The translations under genes and the position numbers were made by a program. A stretch of DNA of 59,173 nt from Puniceicoccales bacterium (GTDB lineage Bacteria; Verrucomicrobiota; Verrucomicrobiia; Opitutales; UBA953). This document shows, piece after piece, positions 42,706 to 52,088 of the stretch; the first letter of the stretch is position 1, and every line of letters starts with the position of its first letter. Below the pieces are notes generated by a model. That model was not told the origin of the DNA. It made no database searches and worked only from the letters and a program-made list of their open reading frames with translations. The stretch lies in NCBI GenBank assembly GCA_031273045.1, contig JAISSQ010000115.1:1-59173 (forward strand), in the 5' to 3' direction.

Positions 42706-45700
42706 ATGTCCGCGCCCTCACTCACACAGTCCGACGAATACCAGCGCGAACTCGCGCGCCAGCGCACCTTCCGCGAGATGTGGCAGAACGGCGTGCCAGC
42801 CGGCTCGCGTGTCGGAATCCCGCTCCCCGACGGCACCACCGAAATCACCGACCTCCCCTCGCCACCGCCGGAATTCGCCACCGACCACCAGCCAATGGAC
42901 ACTGGCCACTTGGAGCGAAGCGGCTCTCCGGACCCGCGCGACCTCTTCGGTCTCACCGGCGGCGGAACCCTCCGCGACCCGGTCGCCGACCACCGCGCCC
43001 GCTACGCCGACCTCACCGACGACCAATACCGCGCGCGGATGGAGTCGCAGGACGCGACCATCGCCCACTCCATCGCCAACCGCGCCGCGACCGGAGTGAC
43101 CGGCGCGCTCATCGGAATCGGGCGGAAGGTCCTGCCCGTCCTCGCCACCCCGCTCGACGCCGTCGCGCCCGGCACCTCGGACGCCATCCGTCTCCGCTAC
43201 GACGACGCCCGACGCGAACTCGACGACCTCAAGACCGCCCATGCGCCCTACTCGCAACTCTCGCCGTTCTGGGGAGACACCGTCGAGGGCGTCGCCGACA
43301 GCATGACCAAGATGCTCGCCCTGCGCGCCGCCGGCGGCGGAATGAAGACGATGGCGACCGGCTTCGGTATCGACGCCGCCACCGACGCCTACGAGCGCGG
43401 CCGGCAGGACGGTCTCGACCACAACCGCGCGCTGCTCTACGGAGCGGCTCACGGCGCAGCCGAAGCCGGCGTGATGTCCATCTTCGACCGCCTTGGTCTC
43501 GGCGGCGCCGAGCGCGCCGTCATCGACGCCTTCGGTGCCTCCGCTGCCGCCGGCGTCCGAACCGTCAAGGACGTGCTCAAGGCCGCCGCCAAGCAAACCA
43601 TTCTTGGTGAGGTGCCGGAGGAACTCGTCACTTCCGCCGTGCAGAAAATCGCCGACGACATCGCCCTCAACGACAGCAGCACGTGGGAGGAAACCATCAA
43701 AAGCACTCTCGCACAGACGCTGCTCACCATGGGCATCGTCAACGCCAAGCCCACCGGCGCCGCCGCCCTCAACGACCTCATCAGAAAGGTTGAAGGAGGA
43801 AGGATGAAGGATGAAACAGCAAGTGGTGCCACAGGGGGCGGCACCGCCGCCGCCGGCACCGCCGCCGCCGGAACAACCGCTGCCGCCCCAGCCGGCACCG
43901 CAAGTGCTGTGCCGCCCATGCATGGTCGGTCCCCTGCCTCCCCTACCGCCGGCTACGATATCCTCCGCCCAAACGCCGCAGCAGCCACTCCCGCCACTCC
44001 CGCCGCGCCCGCCGCGCCCGCGCCCAATCCAGTTCCAGCGCCGGCGTTCACGCCGGCACAAACACCGGCACCACCGCCGCCACCCACCACCACCACACCC
44101 ACCACCGCCTCTGACCGCGCCGCCCAGCAGCCCGCGCCACCGGCACCGCCGCGCGCCGCCAATCCCATCACAGTCACTTGGGACCAATCTAAACTCTCCG
44201 ACGAAGAGAAGACCGCGCAGAACCAATTCATCTCCGAACTCAACGCGCGAACCGATGAGGAGAACGACGCGCTCTACGACGCCGCCGCAAAAGACGGAAA
44301 CCACACCGGTGTCTATATCAACGCCGACACGGCACGCTCACTGTTCAGCGGATGGAAAGACAGCGACGCAAACCGCCGGAAGTGGAAGGACGATGTCACC
44401 TACCAAGTCGCCGCCGCCTATGTCGCCAATCGCTTCCGCCGAGAGTTGGAGCGGACAAAAGGGCGAGGCAGCGTCACCTTCCTCGCCGGCGGTGCCGGTA
44501 GCGGCAAGGGAAGCGCGAACGTCAAGGGAACAGACGCCGACATCGTCTTCGACTCAAACTTCGCCGGCAGTCAGAACCCTGACGGCACACTCAACTTCGA
44601 GAAGCAGGAAGCCCTCATCGCCGCCGCCCGCGCAGCCGGAAAGAGAGTCAGTATTATCTACGTCCACGTGCCTATAGAACAGGCAGCGGCACAAGCGCAC
44701 TCACGGTTTGAAAAAACTGGACGAGACGTTGAGCCGGAGCACCAAGGAGGTCTCCACTACCGAGCGCAACAGACGTTTCTCCATTTTCTCAACTCTTACC
44801 TGAACGGAAATCAAAACCACATTTCCTCTATCAAAATCTATGACAACGGACATCCACTCGGAGAAGGTGTCTGGATAGGACAAGAGGAAGCAAAGAATGT
44901 CCCTGAAAGCGCAGAGAATAACTTCCTCGCTCATGCTGCGCTTGACTTCATGAGTGAACGAGGGAACATCCTTTACCGCGATGAACACGACCCAAAGACA
45001 AGAGCCAGAAACACAAGAAGTGACTTGGCAGGAACTGGAGCGACAGGGGCGGTTTCGCGAAGCCAACGCCCTTCTCCTTCGCCAGATGAACGAGGGAATC
45101 CGCCAGTCGGTGGAACGCCTACAAGCGATGCCGGTGAAGTATCCGCCGGCGAAGTAGCCACAAACCAATCTCCTGATTCACGCGCTAATTCTGTCGACGG
45201 CTCCGCCCTATCGGATCCCGGTATCAGTGGCGGTGAATCAGGAACCACTTCCTCAACTGCGGAAAATTCCGCAAACGAGCAAGACACCACCGCCGCACCC
45301 GCCGAAAGTGCTGTGCCGCCCGTTCACGGGCGGGGCGTCTCAGCCCGTCCGGGCGGCACCCCATCTTCCGATGCGCCGGTGGACTCCCCAAAGTTCACGC
45401 CCGCACCCGCCGGAAAAGTGCCGTGGCTCGACCAGCGAAGCGAAACCCAATCCGGCCGCCAACTGCGCCAGCGAATCGCCGCCGACACCAAGGGCGCCAA
45501 ATACGGCGCGCCATCCGTCTTCACCTACCTGCGAGAACAACTCGGCGGTCTGCTCACCCTCAAATCCCGCAGCCAGACATCACGCAAACACCCCGCCAAC
45601 TACCACCCAGACAGCGACACCATCTTCACCCGCAGCGGCGCCGCCAACGAGGTCAACACGCACGAGGTCGGGCACGCAATCCACGCCCGGCTTACCGAAC

Positions 45701-48700
45701 TCGGCTGGACGTTCCCGCCGAACGTCAACATCCACGACTTCACGCGCCTCGCCAGCAATCGCATGTCCTACGCCTCCGCAGACAACGCGAGCGAAGCCGT
45801 CGCCGAGTGGGTGAGGCGCTACATCAACGACCCGGTCTCCGTTGCCGGACATCCGCTCACCAAATCCATTGAGAATTTCCTGGTCACTCACGACAGCCGC
45901 GGAATCCAAATCATCAACACCCTGCGCGACGCCGCCCGCGCCCAGAACGAGACCTACCGCCGGCCGCTGCTCGCCCAATTCCACGCACTCAACGCCGACC
46001 AATCAACGCCGCAGAAATCGTGGCACGAGACGCTCGCCGCAGTCCCAGGGCAAATGCACTCGCTCATCACTGCGCTCATCTCGCGCGGCCACGCGTGGCG
46101 CGCCCTCGAAGCCCGCGCATTCCGCGCCATCCGACGCGCCGCCGCGAACGACGACCTCGGTCTCGCCGCCGCCCGCGCTTGGCGAGCAGACGCGGGCAAC
46201 TCCCTCGGAAACGCATACCAAGAGACGCTTCTCGCCAAGGGGCAAGTCACCACCGGATTCCTCGGCAAGGGCGGCCTGACGGTCTTCGACGACAAGGGGC
46301 AGAAGGTCGTCGTCCATCCGAAATCCTACGCCGAAATCATCAGCGCGATTCCGGGCGAGCAGTGGCAGGACTTCGAGGCCTACGGATGGGCGCGCACGAT
46401 GCTCGCCCGCTACCGCGCGAAAGCACTCGACTACCCGGGGCGAAACAGCGGATGGGGACCGCAGCGGCTCGCACGGATGGTCAAGGAGGCAGAAGCAGCC
46501 AATCCGACTTGGGGCGAGACCTACAAGCAGGTCGAGTCGCTGATGGACTCGCTGCTCAAACTCGACGTGCGCACAGGTCTCGTGACTGGCGAGGAATACC
46601 AGCGCATCCGCGAGGCCTACGAGGACTACTGGCCGCTGCCGCGACTCATCCGGCGCGACATGGGGCAGACAGGCACGAGCGTCGGCGGCGCCGCCGGCCT
46701 CGAAAGCAAGTCGGGTGTCCATCGCGCCTACGGCAGCGAGGAGGCCGTCCTGTCGCTGCACGAGGCGGTCGAGCGACGGATGTGGGCGAGCGTCAAGGCC
46801 TACGCTCATGAGAAATTCAAGCGGACGCTCGTGAAGACCGTCGCCGACCTCGCCAAGCGCGACGGTCTCGACCGCGAGACGCGCGCGTCGTTCGCCCAAC
46901 TCTTCACGCCTCTGAAGCCCGAAAAAAGCACGGTTGCGAAAATTTCCGCATCTATGCAAGCGGACATCATCGCAAAGGCCGCCAAGGATCTCGGCCTAAC
47001 GGTCACCGACGAGAAGACAGGACAGCGGCGCGCGGTCACCGCCGAGGACATCACCGTGCTCGGTCTCGACGGCATCCCCATCACAAAGACCGACAAGCCG
47101 ACCGACTTCACGGTGATGTCCGTCGCGAACGGCACACCGACACCGGACTTCTATCTCATCACCGACCCTGCGCTACTGTCACTCATCGCCAACAACCCGA
47201 TGCCCAAGGACGGCGCCGCCGAACGCGCCATCGCGTTCGCGAAGAGTATCTTCTCTCCCTACATCCGCGAGATGAAGCAACTGGCGACCCAAAACGCCGC
47301 CTTCATCATCAAGAACGTCGTAGCCGACGCGTTCAACACCATGCTGACCGGGCGCGGAAAGCGGTCATTCCTGCCGTTCGCAAATCACGTCCGGGGAATC
47401 ATCGGCCGGATGCGCGGCGAGACCACCGGCATCGCGACGGACACAGAGATGCTGTCGCACGAACTTTCCGGCGAGACCGACCTCGCCGCCGCAATCAATC
47501 GCTCGGCGTGGGAGGAGATTTGGAAGAGCAACTGGTTCCGCTTGGAGGGTAAACCCAAGTTGCAGCAGGCGGCCGCCATCATCGGGAACATTTTGATGTT
47601 CCCGTTCAAGGTGTCGCACACGGCTCTGGTATTCACGGGGCAACGCGCCGCCGCGACATTCACCGAGGCGCTCGCGCGCGAGGGTGCGGCGCTCAACGAA
47701 CGCGACCGTGGCGGCAGCGCCGCCAGTAGCGCGAAGCAATACGCGCTCTCGTCCGGCGACTTCGGCGAACGCCCGGGAAATGCGACGTGGTCGGAATTCA
47801 CCACGCTGCTGCCATTCTTCAATCCGATGTTGCAGGCAGGTCGCCAAGAGTGGGGCAAACTCACTGACCCGGACCCGGCAGTGCGCCGAGCCACCGCACT
47901 CAAAATCGCCGTCGGCGGTCTCGCGCTGCCAACGCTCGCGTGGGCACTCGCGCGGCTGGTCTTCCCCGATGACGACGAGGAGAAGCGCAAGGCGGCAGAA
48001 CGCGACCCAGCGGAGAAGGCGCGCTGGGCGCAGGTCGGTCCGGTGCGATTCCCGTTCCCGCGCGGCGCGATGGGCGCCGCCGCCGCCACCGTCTGGAACA
48101 CGCTCGACGAGGTGGTGCTCGGAATGAAGACGCGCCAGAAGACCAGATTCGCCAAGGCCGTCCTCGCCGAAGCAGTCACCATCTCCGGCACGTGGTCAGA
48201 CCTCATTCCGTGGGGCGTCAAGCAAGCGGTCGAAGTCGCAAGCAATCACTCGTTCTGGTCGGACAAGCCAATCGTTCCGCTCTACCTCGAACGCCTCTCC
48301 GAGCCGGACTTGCAGGTGCGCGCGGACACGCCTCGCCTCTATCGCTCAATCGCCTCGCTCTTCCACGCCTCGCCGCTCGTGGTCGAGCACATGTTCCGCC
48401 AGACCTACGGCCGCCAACTGTCCTACGCCATTGAGGTCGCAGACAAATTCCTTGCCGGCGAAAACATCGCCAAGACAGCCGGCGCCGGCCGCGCGATGCC
48501 ACTCATCGGCTCGTTCGTGGCGACTGACCCGAAGACGTGGTCGAGCGCATCCGTCCAAGACCTGCAAGAAATTGAAAAGCGATACGACGCGCTCAACGCC
48601 CGGCTGCGCTCGGTCGGCTTCGAGGCCGGTGTCCGGGGACTGCTCACGTGGGACCCGGACAGCGCGCCGTGGCGACTGGGCGAAAGAGAGGTTGCAGACA

Positions 48701-49029
48701 TCACCGCGCTCCAAAATGTCGTTGGTCAGGCATACCGGATGCACGTGATGAGCAACGCCGTCGAGAAACTCGCCACCGAAGCGAGCAAACTCAAGCGCGC
48801 CGGATTCCGCCTCGCTGCCGAAGACGCCGAAAAGCGAATGACCACGCTCGCCATCCGCGTCGCCGCCGACCACTACGACGCCTCCTCCCGCGCCCTCGAC
48901 GAGGCAATGCGCCTCGAAGCGGCGACCCGCGCAACATTCTCCGAACTCTCCGAATTCTCCCGGAACTCCAACGCCACCCGCGAAGAGCAGGAACGCCAGC
49001 GAGAAAAAAGGATGAAGGATGAAGGATAA
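42706..49029 (+). CDS. Giant phage polyvalent-type protein (2,107 aa): zeta-toxin-like P-loop kinase + HExxH metallopeptidase-like + long helical C-terminal modules
   Basis: The Walker A FLAGGAGSGKGS (about 44478-44513) sits in a ~200-aa zeta/AAA_33-like region. NTHEVGHAIHARL has its HExxH at 45661-45675. About 1,100 aa of helical region follow. The start MSAPSLTQ at 42706 was chosen, since the upstream track sequence is R-rich junk. Confidence 0.7.
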   Translation: MSAPSLTQSDEYQRELARQRTFREMWQNGVPAGSRVGIPLPDGTTEITDLPSPPPEFATDHQPMDTGHLERSGSPDPRDLFGLTGGGTLRDPVADHRARYADLTDDQYRARMESQDATIAHSIANRAATGVTGALIGIGRKVLPVLATPLDAVAPGTSDAIRLRYDDARRELDDLKTAHAPYSQLSPFWGDTVEGVADSMTKMLALRAAGGGMKTMATGFGIDAATDAYERGRQDGLDHNRALLYGAAHGAAEAGVMSIFDRLGLGGAERAVIDAFGASAAAGVRTVKDVLKAAAKQTILGEVPEELVTSAVQKIADDIALNDSSTWEETIKSTLAQTLLTMGIVNAKPTGAAALNDLIRKVEGGRMKDETASGATGGGTAAAGTAAAGTTAAAPAGTASAVPPMHGRSPASPTAGYDILRPNAAAATPATPAAPAAPAPNPVPAPAFTPAQTPAPPPPPTTTTPTTASDRAAQQPAPPAPPRAANPITVTWDQSKLSDEEKTAQNQFISELNARTDEENDALYDAAAKDGNHTGVYINADTARSLFSGWKDSDANRRKWKDDVTYQVAAAYVANRFRRELERTKGRGSVTFLAGGAGSGKGSANVKGTDADIVFDSNFAGSQNPDGTLNFEKQEALIAAARAAGKRVSIIYVHVPIEQAAAQAHSRFEKTGRDVEPEHQGGLHYRAQQTFLHFLNSYLNGNQNHISSIKIYDNGHPLGEGVWIGQEEAKNVPESAENNFLAHAALDFMSERGNILYRDEHDPKTRARNTRSDLAGTGATGAVSRSQRPSPSPDERGNPPVGGTPTSDAGEVSAGEVATNQSPDSRANSVDGSALSDPGISGGESGTTSSTAENSANEQDTTAAPAESAVPPVHGRGVSARPGGTPSSDAPVDSPKFTPAPAGKVPWLDQRSETQSGRQLRQRIAADTKGAKYGAPSVFTYLREQLGGLLTLKSRSQTSRKHPANYHPDSDTIFTRSGAANEVNTHEVGHAIHARLTELGWTFPPNVNIHDFTRLASNRMSYASADNASEAVAEWVRRYINDPVSVAGHPLTKSIENFLVTHDSRGIQIINTLRDAARAQNETYRRPLLAQFHALNADQSTPQKSWHETLAAVPGQMHSLITALISRGHAWRALEARAFRAIRRAAANDDLGLAAARAWRADAGNSLGNAYQETLLAKGQVTTGFLGKGGLTVFDDKGQKVVVHPKSYAEIISAIPGEQWQDFEAYGWARTMLARYRAKALDYPGRNSGWGPQRLARMVKEAEAANPTWGETYKQVESLMDSLLKLDVRTGLVTGEEYQRIREAYEDYWPLPRLIRRDMGQTGTSVGGAAGLESKSGVHRAYGSEEAVLSLHEAVERRMWASVKAYAHEKFKRTLVKTVADLAKRDGLDRETRASFAQLFTPLKPEKSTVAKISASMQADIIAKAAKDLGLTVTDEKTGQRRAVTAEDITVLGLDGIPITKTDKPTDFTVMSVANGTPTPDFYLITDPALLSLIANNPMPKDGAAERAIAFAKSIFSPYIREMKQLATQNAAFIIKNVVADAFNTMLTGRGKRSFLPFANHVRGIIGRMRGETTGIATDTEMLSHELSGETDLAAAINRSAWEEIWKSNWFRLEGKPKLQQAAAIIGNILMFPFKVSHTALVFTGQRAAATFTEALAREGAALNERDRGGSAASSAKQYALSSGDFGERPGNATWSEFTTLLPFFNPMLQAGRQEWGKLTDPDPAVRRATALKIAVGGLALPTLAWALARLVFPDDDEEKRKAAERDPAEKARWAQVGPVRFPFPRGAMGAAAATVWNTLDEVVLGMKTRQKTRFAKAVLAEAVTISGTWSDLIPWGVKQAVEVASNHSFWSDKPIVPLYLERLSEPDLQVRADTPRLYRSIASLFHASPLVVEHMFRQTYGRQLSYAIEVADKFLAGENIAKTAGAGRAMPLIGSFVATDPKTWSSASVQDLQEIEKRYDALNARLRSVGFEAGVRGLLTWDPDSAPWRLGEREVADITALQNVVGQAYRMHVMSNAVEKLATEASKLKRAGFRLAAEDAEKRMTTLAIRVAADHYDASSRALDEAMRLEAATRATFSELSEFSRNSNATREEQERQREKRMKDEG

Positions 49030-49126
49030 GGGATGAAATGCGTTCCAAGTGCTGTGCGCCCATTCGCGAGTGCTGTGCCGCCCATTCATGGGCGGAAGGC
49101 GCCGCCCATGGAGCGCCGACTTGCGT

Positions 49127-49162
49127 TTCGCGAACTGCGCATTCACGCAATACTATCGCCAC
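49127..49162 (+). promoter_or_regulatory. Conserved phage promoter module TTCGCG-N18-TACTAT-N6-ATG (copy 2)
   Basis: TTCGCG at 49127-49132, TACTAT at 49151-49156, ATG at 49163. Confidence 0.55.
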
Positions 49163-49906
49163 ATGAGCACGCGCTTCGTGAAGAAACCCGCGACAGTCGC
49201 CGGCGCGACAGGACCGCAAGGCCCGCAAGGACCGCAAGGCCCGCAAGGACCCCAAGGCGAAACCGGACCGCAAGGACCGCAAGGACCCCAAGGACCCCAA
49301 GGCGAAACCGGACCGCAAGGACCCCAAGGACCCCAAGGCGAAACCGGACCGCAAGGACCCCAAGGCGAACCGGGCACCGGTTCCGGCAGCGGCGCCGGCC
49401 TCCTCTACAAATCCATCTTCCTCACCGAGGAATGGACTGACGCGAATCAATACGCTCTAACCGGTCAGTGGGCGGCCGAATGGGAGGCGGAGGACTGGGT
49501 GCCGGAGATCGTCTGGGATCTCGATGGCGTCATGCTGAACTCGCGTGCCTACGCGCTACGCATTGACGGTCCGTCGCCAAAGTGGGGTTCGTTTCTCATA
49601 GATAATTACGGCGGAAATGGCCGAAACATGAATCTGCCGGCCCATGCGTCCACGAATCGTGTGATGGACCGAACGTACGACATCAACGCCCCCCAAGGTT
49701 CGGTCTCTGCGAACGACCAGACCAACTACTATCGGTCGCTGCAAGACAAGTGGTGCGACATTCTGTGCCCATCCCTCGGCAAATTGCTGCGCATCCACAT
49801 CGTTCGCGACTATTGGTCGCCGCTGTCATATTGCGTCCCGTCCAGCAACGTGACACGCCCGCACACGGCAGCACGCCTCGAATTCTTCAACGTGGAGGTC
49901 CGCTAA
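49163..49906 (+). CDS. Collagen-like (G-X-Y) repeat fibre protein
   Basis: [40 protein letters not shown]...[12 protein letters not shown] gives about 21 uninterrupted GXY triplets (49199-49390), followed by a ~170-aa globular C-terminus. Confidence 0.8.
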   Translation: MSTRFVKKPATVAGATGPQGPQGPQGPQGPQGETGPQGPQGPQGPQGETGPQGPQGPQGETGPQGPQGEPGTGSGSGAGLLYKSIFLTEEWTDANQYALTGQWAAEWEAEDWVPEIVWDLDGVMLNSRAYALRIDGPSPKWGSFLIDNYGGNGRNMNLPAHASTNRVMDRTYDINAPQGSVSANDQTNYYRSLQDKWCDILCPSLGKLLRIHIVRDYWSPLSYCVPSSNVTRPHTAARLEFFNVEVR

Positions 49907-49907
49907 T

Positions 49908-52088
49908 ATGAACCAAACCACCGCCGGCGCGCTCACGCCCGCCACAATCCCTGCCTACTTCGCCTCCGTCGAGGGCGGCTCAACGGCGTGGCAATCACGC
50001 ACACGCGAAAACATTCGCACGCGCTATTGCGTCTGGCCCGGGCAATCTCCCGATGGACGCAAGCGCGGTTCGCGCACCGGGAACGCAAAGCCGTGGGAAG
50101 GCGCGAGCGACCAGCGCACATTCATCGTGGACGGTCTCATCGCCTCGGATGCCGCGATGCTCACCGTCGCCCTCGCCCGCGCGAACGTGGACGCCGTGCC
50201 CGTCGCTGGCGACGACATCGAGCGCGCCTCGCTCGTGTCGCGCTTCACCCGCTGGCTCTTGCAGCGCGGGATTCCGCACTTCTTTACCGAGGCCAAAATC
50301 CTCGCCAACACCGTCCTCACCCACGGCGTCGGCGTGATGAGCATCGCGTGGCGCCGCGAGGTCATCCACCAGCCAATCCGCCTCGCTCGTAGTGAGATTT
50401 TGAGAATGGGAAATAGTTCGGAGGAACAAGGGCAAAAGGATGAGGGCAAAGGGCAAAGGGCAGAAAGCGCACCGGACCTTATCCCTTCCACGTGGAGCAC
50501 CGACCCCTCCGGCGACTTTCTATCCGCCATAGACGACCCAGCCCGCGAAGCCGAAGCGCGCGCGCTGCTTTCGCTCGCATTCCCCGATGCGACGACCGCC
50601 GAACTCACCGCCGCTGTCCGCGACCTCCGCCCACGCGATGGCGTCGCCGACCCAACCGCCACGCTCTACCGCGCAGAGGAGGTCGCCAACCAACCGACCG
50701 TCCGCGCCCTCACAGTCGGCACCGACATCTTCTTCCCGCCGGAGACGGACGACCTCGAACAAGCACCGGCTGTCTTCGAGGTGCAATGGCTCACGCGCGA
50801 AGAACTCGAAGCGCGGCGCGACGACCAGAATTGGGACGCCGAGTGGACCGAGCGCGTCATCGCCACCGCGCTCAAGACGCCCGACCTCCGCGACGACGAT
50901 GCCGCGCGGCTCCTCGCCTCGCCCGGGAGCGAGACGCTCAAGGCGCGCGTCATCTGCGCTTACTACCGCTCACGCGACGAGCACACCGGGCGCGCGCAGA
51001 CGCGCTACTGCGTCTTTGCAGCCGACGCGCCCGACGCCGGCTGCGCGCTCGACGAGGTCTTCGCCTACACGCACAGTCGCTACCCCTACGTCGTCTTTAC
51101 GCGCGACCGCGAGACGCGGCGCATCTTGGAAAGCCGCGGGATGGCGGAAATCGGTCAATCGGCGCAGGATGAGATCAAACTCCAGCGCGACGGCCGCGCC
51201 GACCACACCGAACTCGCTCACCTCCCGCCTCTCTACCATCCGCTCGACGGCGCGCCGGCGGCGTGGGGACCGATGGCTTTTGTGCCGCGCCGCCGCGGCG
51301 ACCAAACCCCCTATGAATACGTCAAGGTGCCGCCGCCGCCGGCAGGCAGCATAGAGGTCGAGCAGACACTGCTCGCCAATCTCGACAAGCGGTTCGGAAA
51401 CGCCGGCGCCGATGGCGAGGGAGGCCGCGCGTGGCTCAAACAGGAGTTGGTCAACGAGTGGCTGCGCAGCATGGCGCAGGTCGCCGCTCACGCATTCGCC
51501 TTGTGGAATGCCTACGGCCCGGAGGACATCTTCTTCCGCGTCGTGGGCGACGAGTCGCGCTCGCCGGCGCGCCTTGTGCGCGGTAGCAAGCAGGAGCGCT
51601 ACGACTTCTTCCTCTCGTTCACCGTTGACCTCCTCGACCCGAAGTCCGCCGAGACACGACTCAATAAGCTTGGCGAGGCGCTCGCCCGCTACGACCGCCA
51701 AGGTCTCGTGAATTGGGGCGCATTCCTGCGCATGCTCGCGAACACCTACGACCCGGCGACCGCCGACAAACTCATCATGTCGCGCGACGACGCCGCCGAG
51801 CAGGAATTCGCGCGAGCCAAGCAGGACCTGACCCAAATCTGGGCAGGCATGGATGTGGATTTCCCCGACATCGGACGCGACCCGGACACCGCCGCCCAAG
51901 TCCTGCAAGAGTATCTCGCCGGCAGCGAGCAAATCCCGGCCAACGACGTGCAGACACGATTCGCGAACGACGAGGCGTTCCGCGCCCGCCTCGAGAAATA
52001 CCAGAAGCAAATCCGCTTCCAGCAACAGCAGCACGAGAACGCGCAGACAGGCCGCCTCGGCGCCGCCGCCGGAAACATGTCCGAGTGA
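49908..52088 (+). CDS. Putative portal protein
   Basis: 726 aa. The N-terminal RYCVWPGQSPDGRKR...KPWEGASDQRTFIVDGLI pattern is recalled from podovirus-type portals, and the size fits. It carries the in-frame 51-nt GGGCAAA element. Confidence 0.6.
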   Translation: MNQTTAGALTPATIPAYFASVEGGSTAWQSRTRENIRTRYCVWPGQSPDGRKRGSRTGNAKPWEGASDQRTFIVDGLIASDAAMLTVALARANVDAVPVAGDDIERASLVSRFTRWLLQRGIPHFFTEAKILANTVLTHGVGVMSIAWRREVIHQPIRLARSEILRMGNSSEEQGQKDEGKGQRAESAPDLIPSTWSTDPSGDFLSAIDDPAREAEARALLSLAFPDATTAELTAAVRDLRPRDGVADPTATLYRAEEVANQPTVRALTVGTDIFFPPETDDLEQAPAVFEVQWLTREELEARRDDQNWDAEWTERVIATALKTPDLRDDDAARLLASPGSETLKARVICAYYRSRDEHTGRAQTRYCVFAADAPDAGCALDEVFAYTHSRYPYVVFTRDRETRRILESRGMAEIGQSAQDEIKLQRDGRADHTELAHLPPLYHPLDGAPAAWGPMAFVPRRRGDQTPYEYVKVPPPPAGSIEVEQTLLANLDKRFGNAGADGEGGRAWLKQELVNEWLRSMAQVAAHAFALWNAYGPEDIFFRVVGDESRSPARLVRGSKQERYDFFLSFTVDLLDPKSAETRLNKLGEALARYDRQGLVNWGAFLRMLANTYDPATADKLIMSRDDAAEQEFARAKQDLTQIWAGMDVDFPDIGRDPDTAAQVLQEYLAGSEQIPANDVQTRFANDEAFRARLEKYQKQIRFQQQQHENAQTGRLGAAAGNMSE

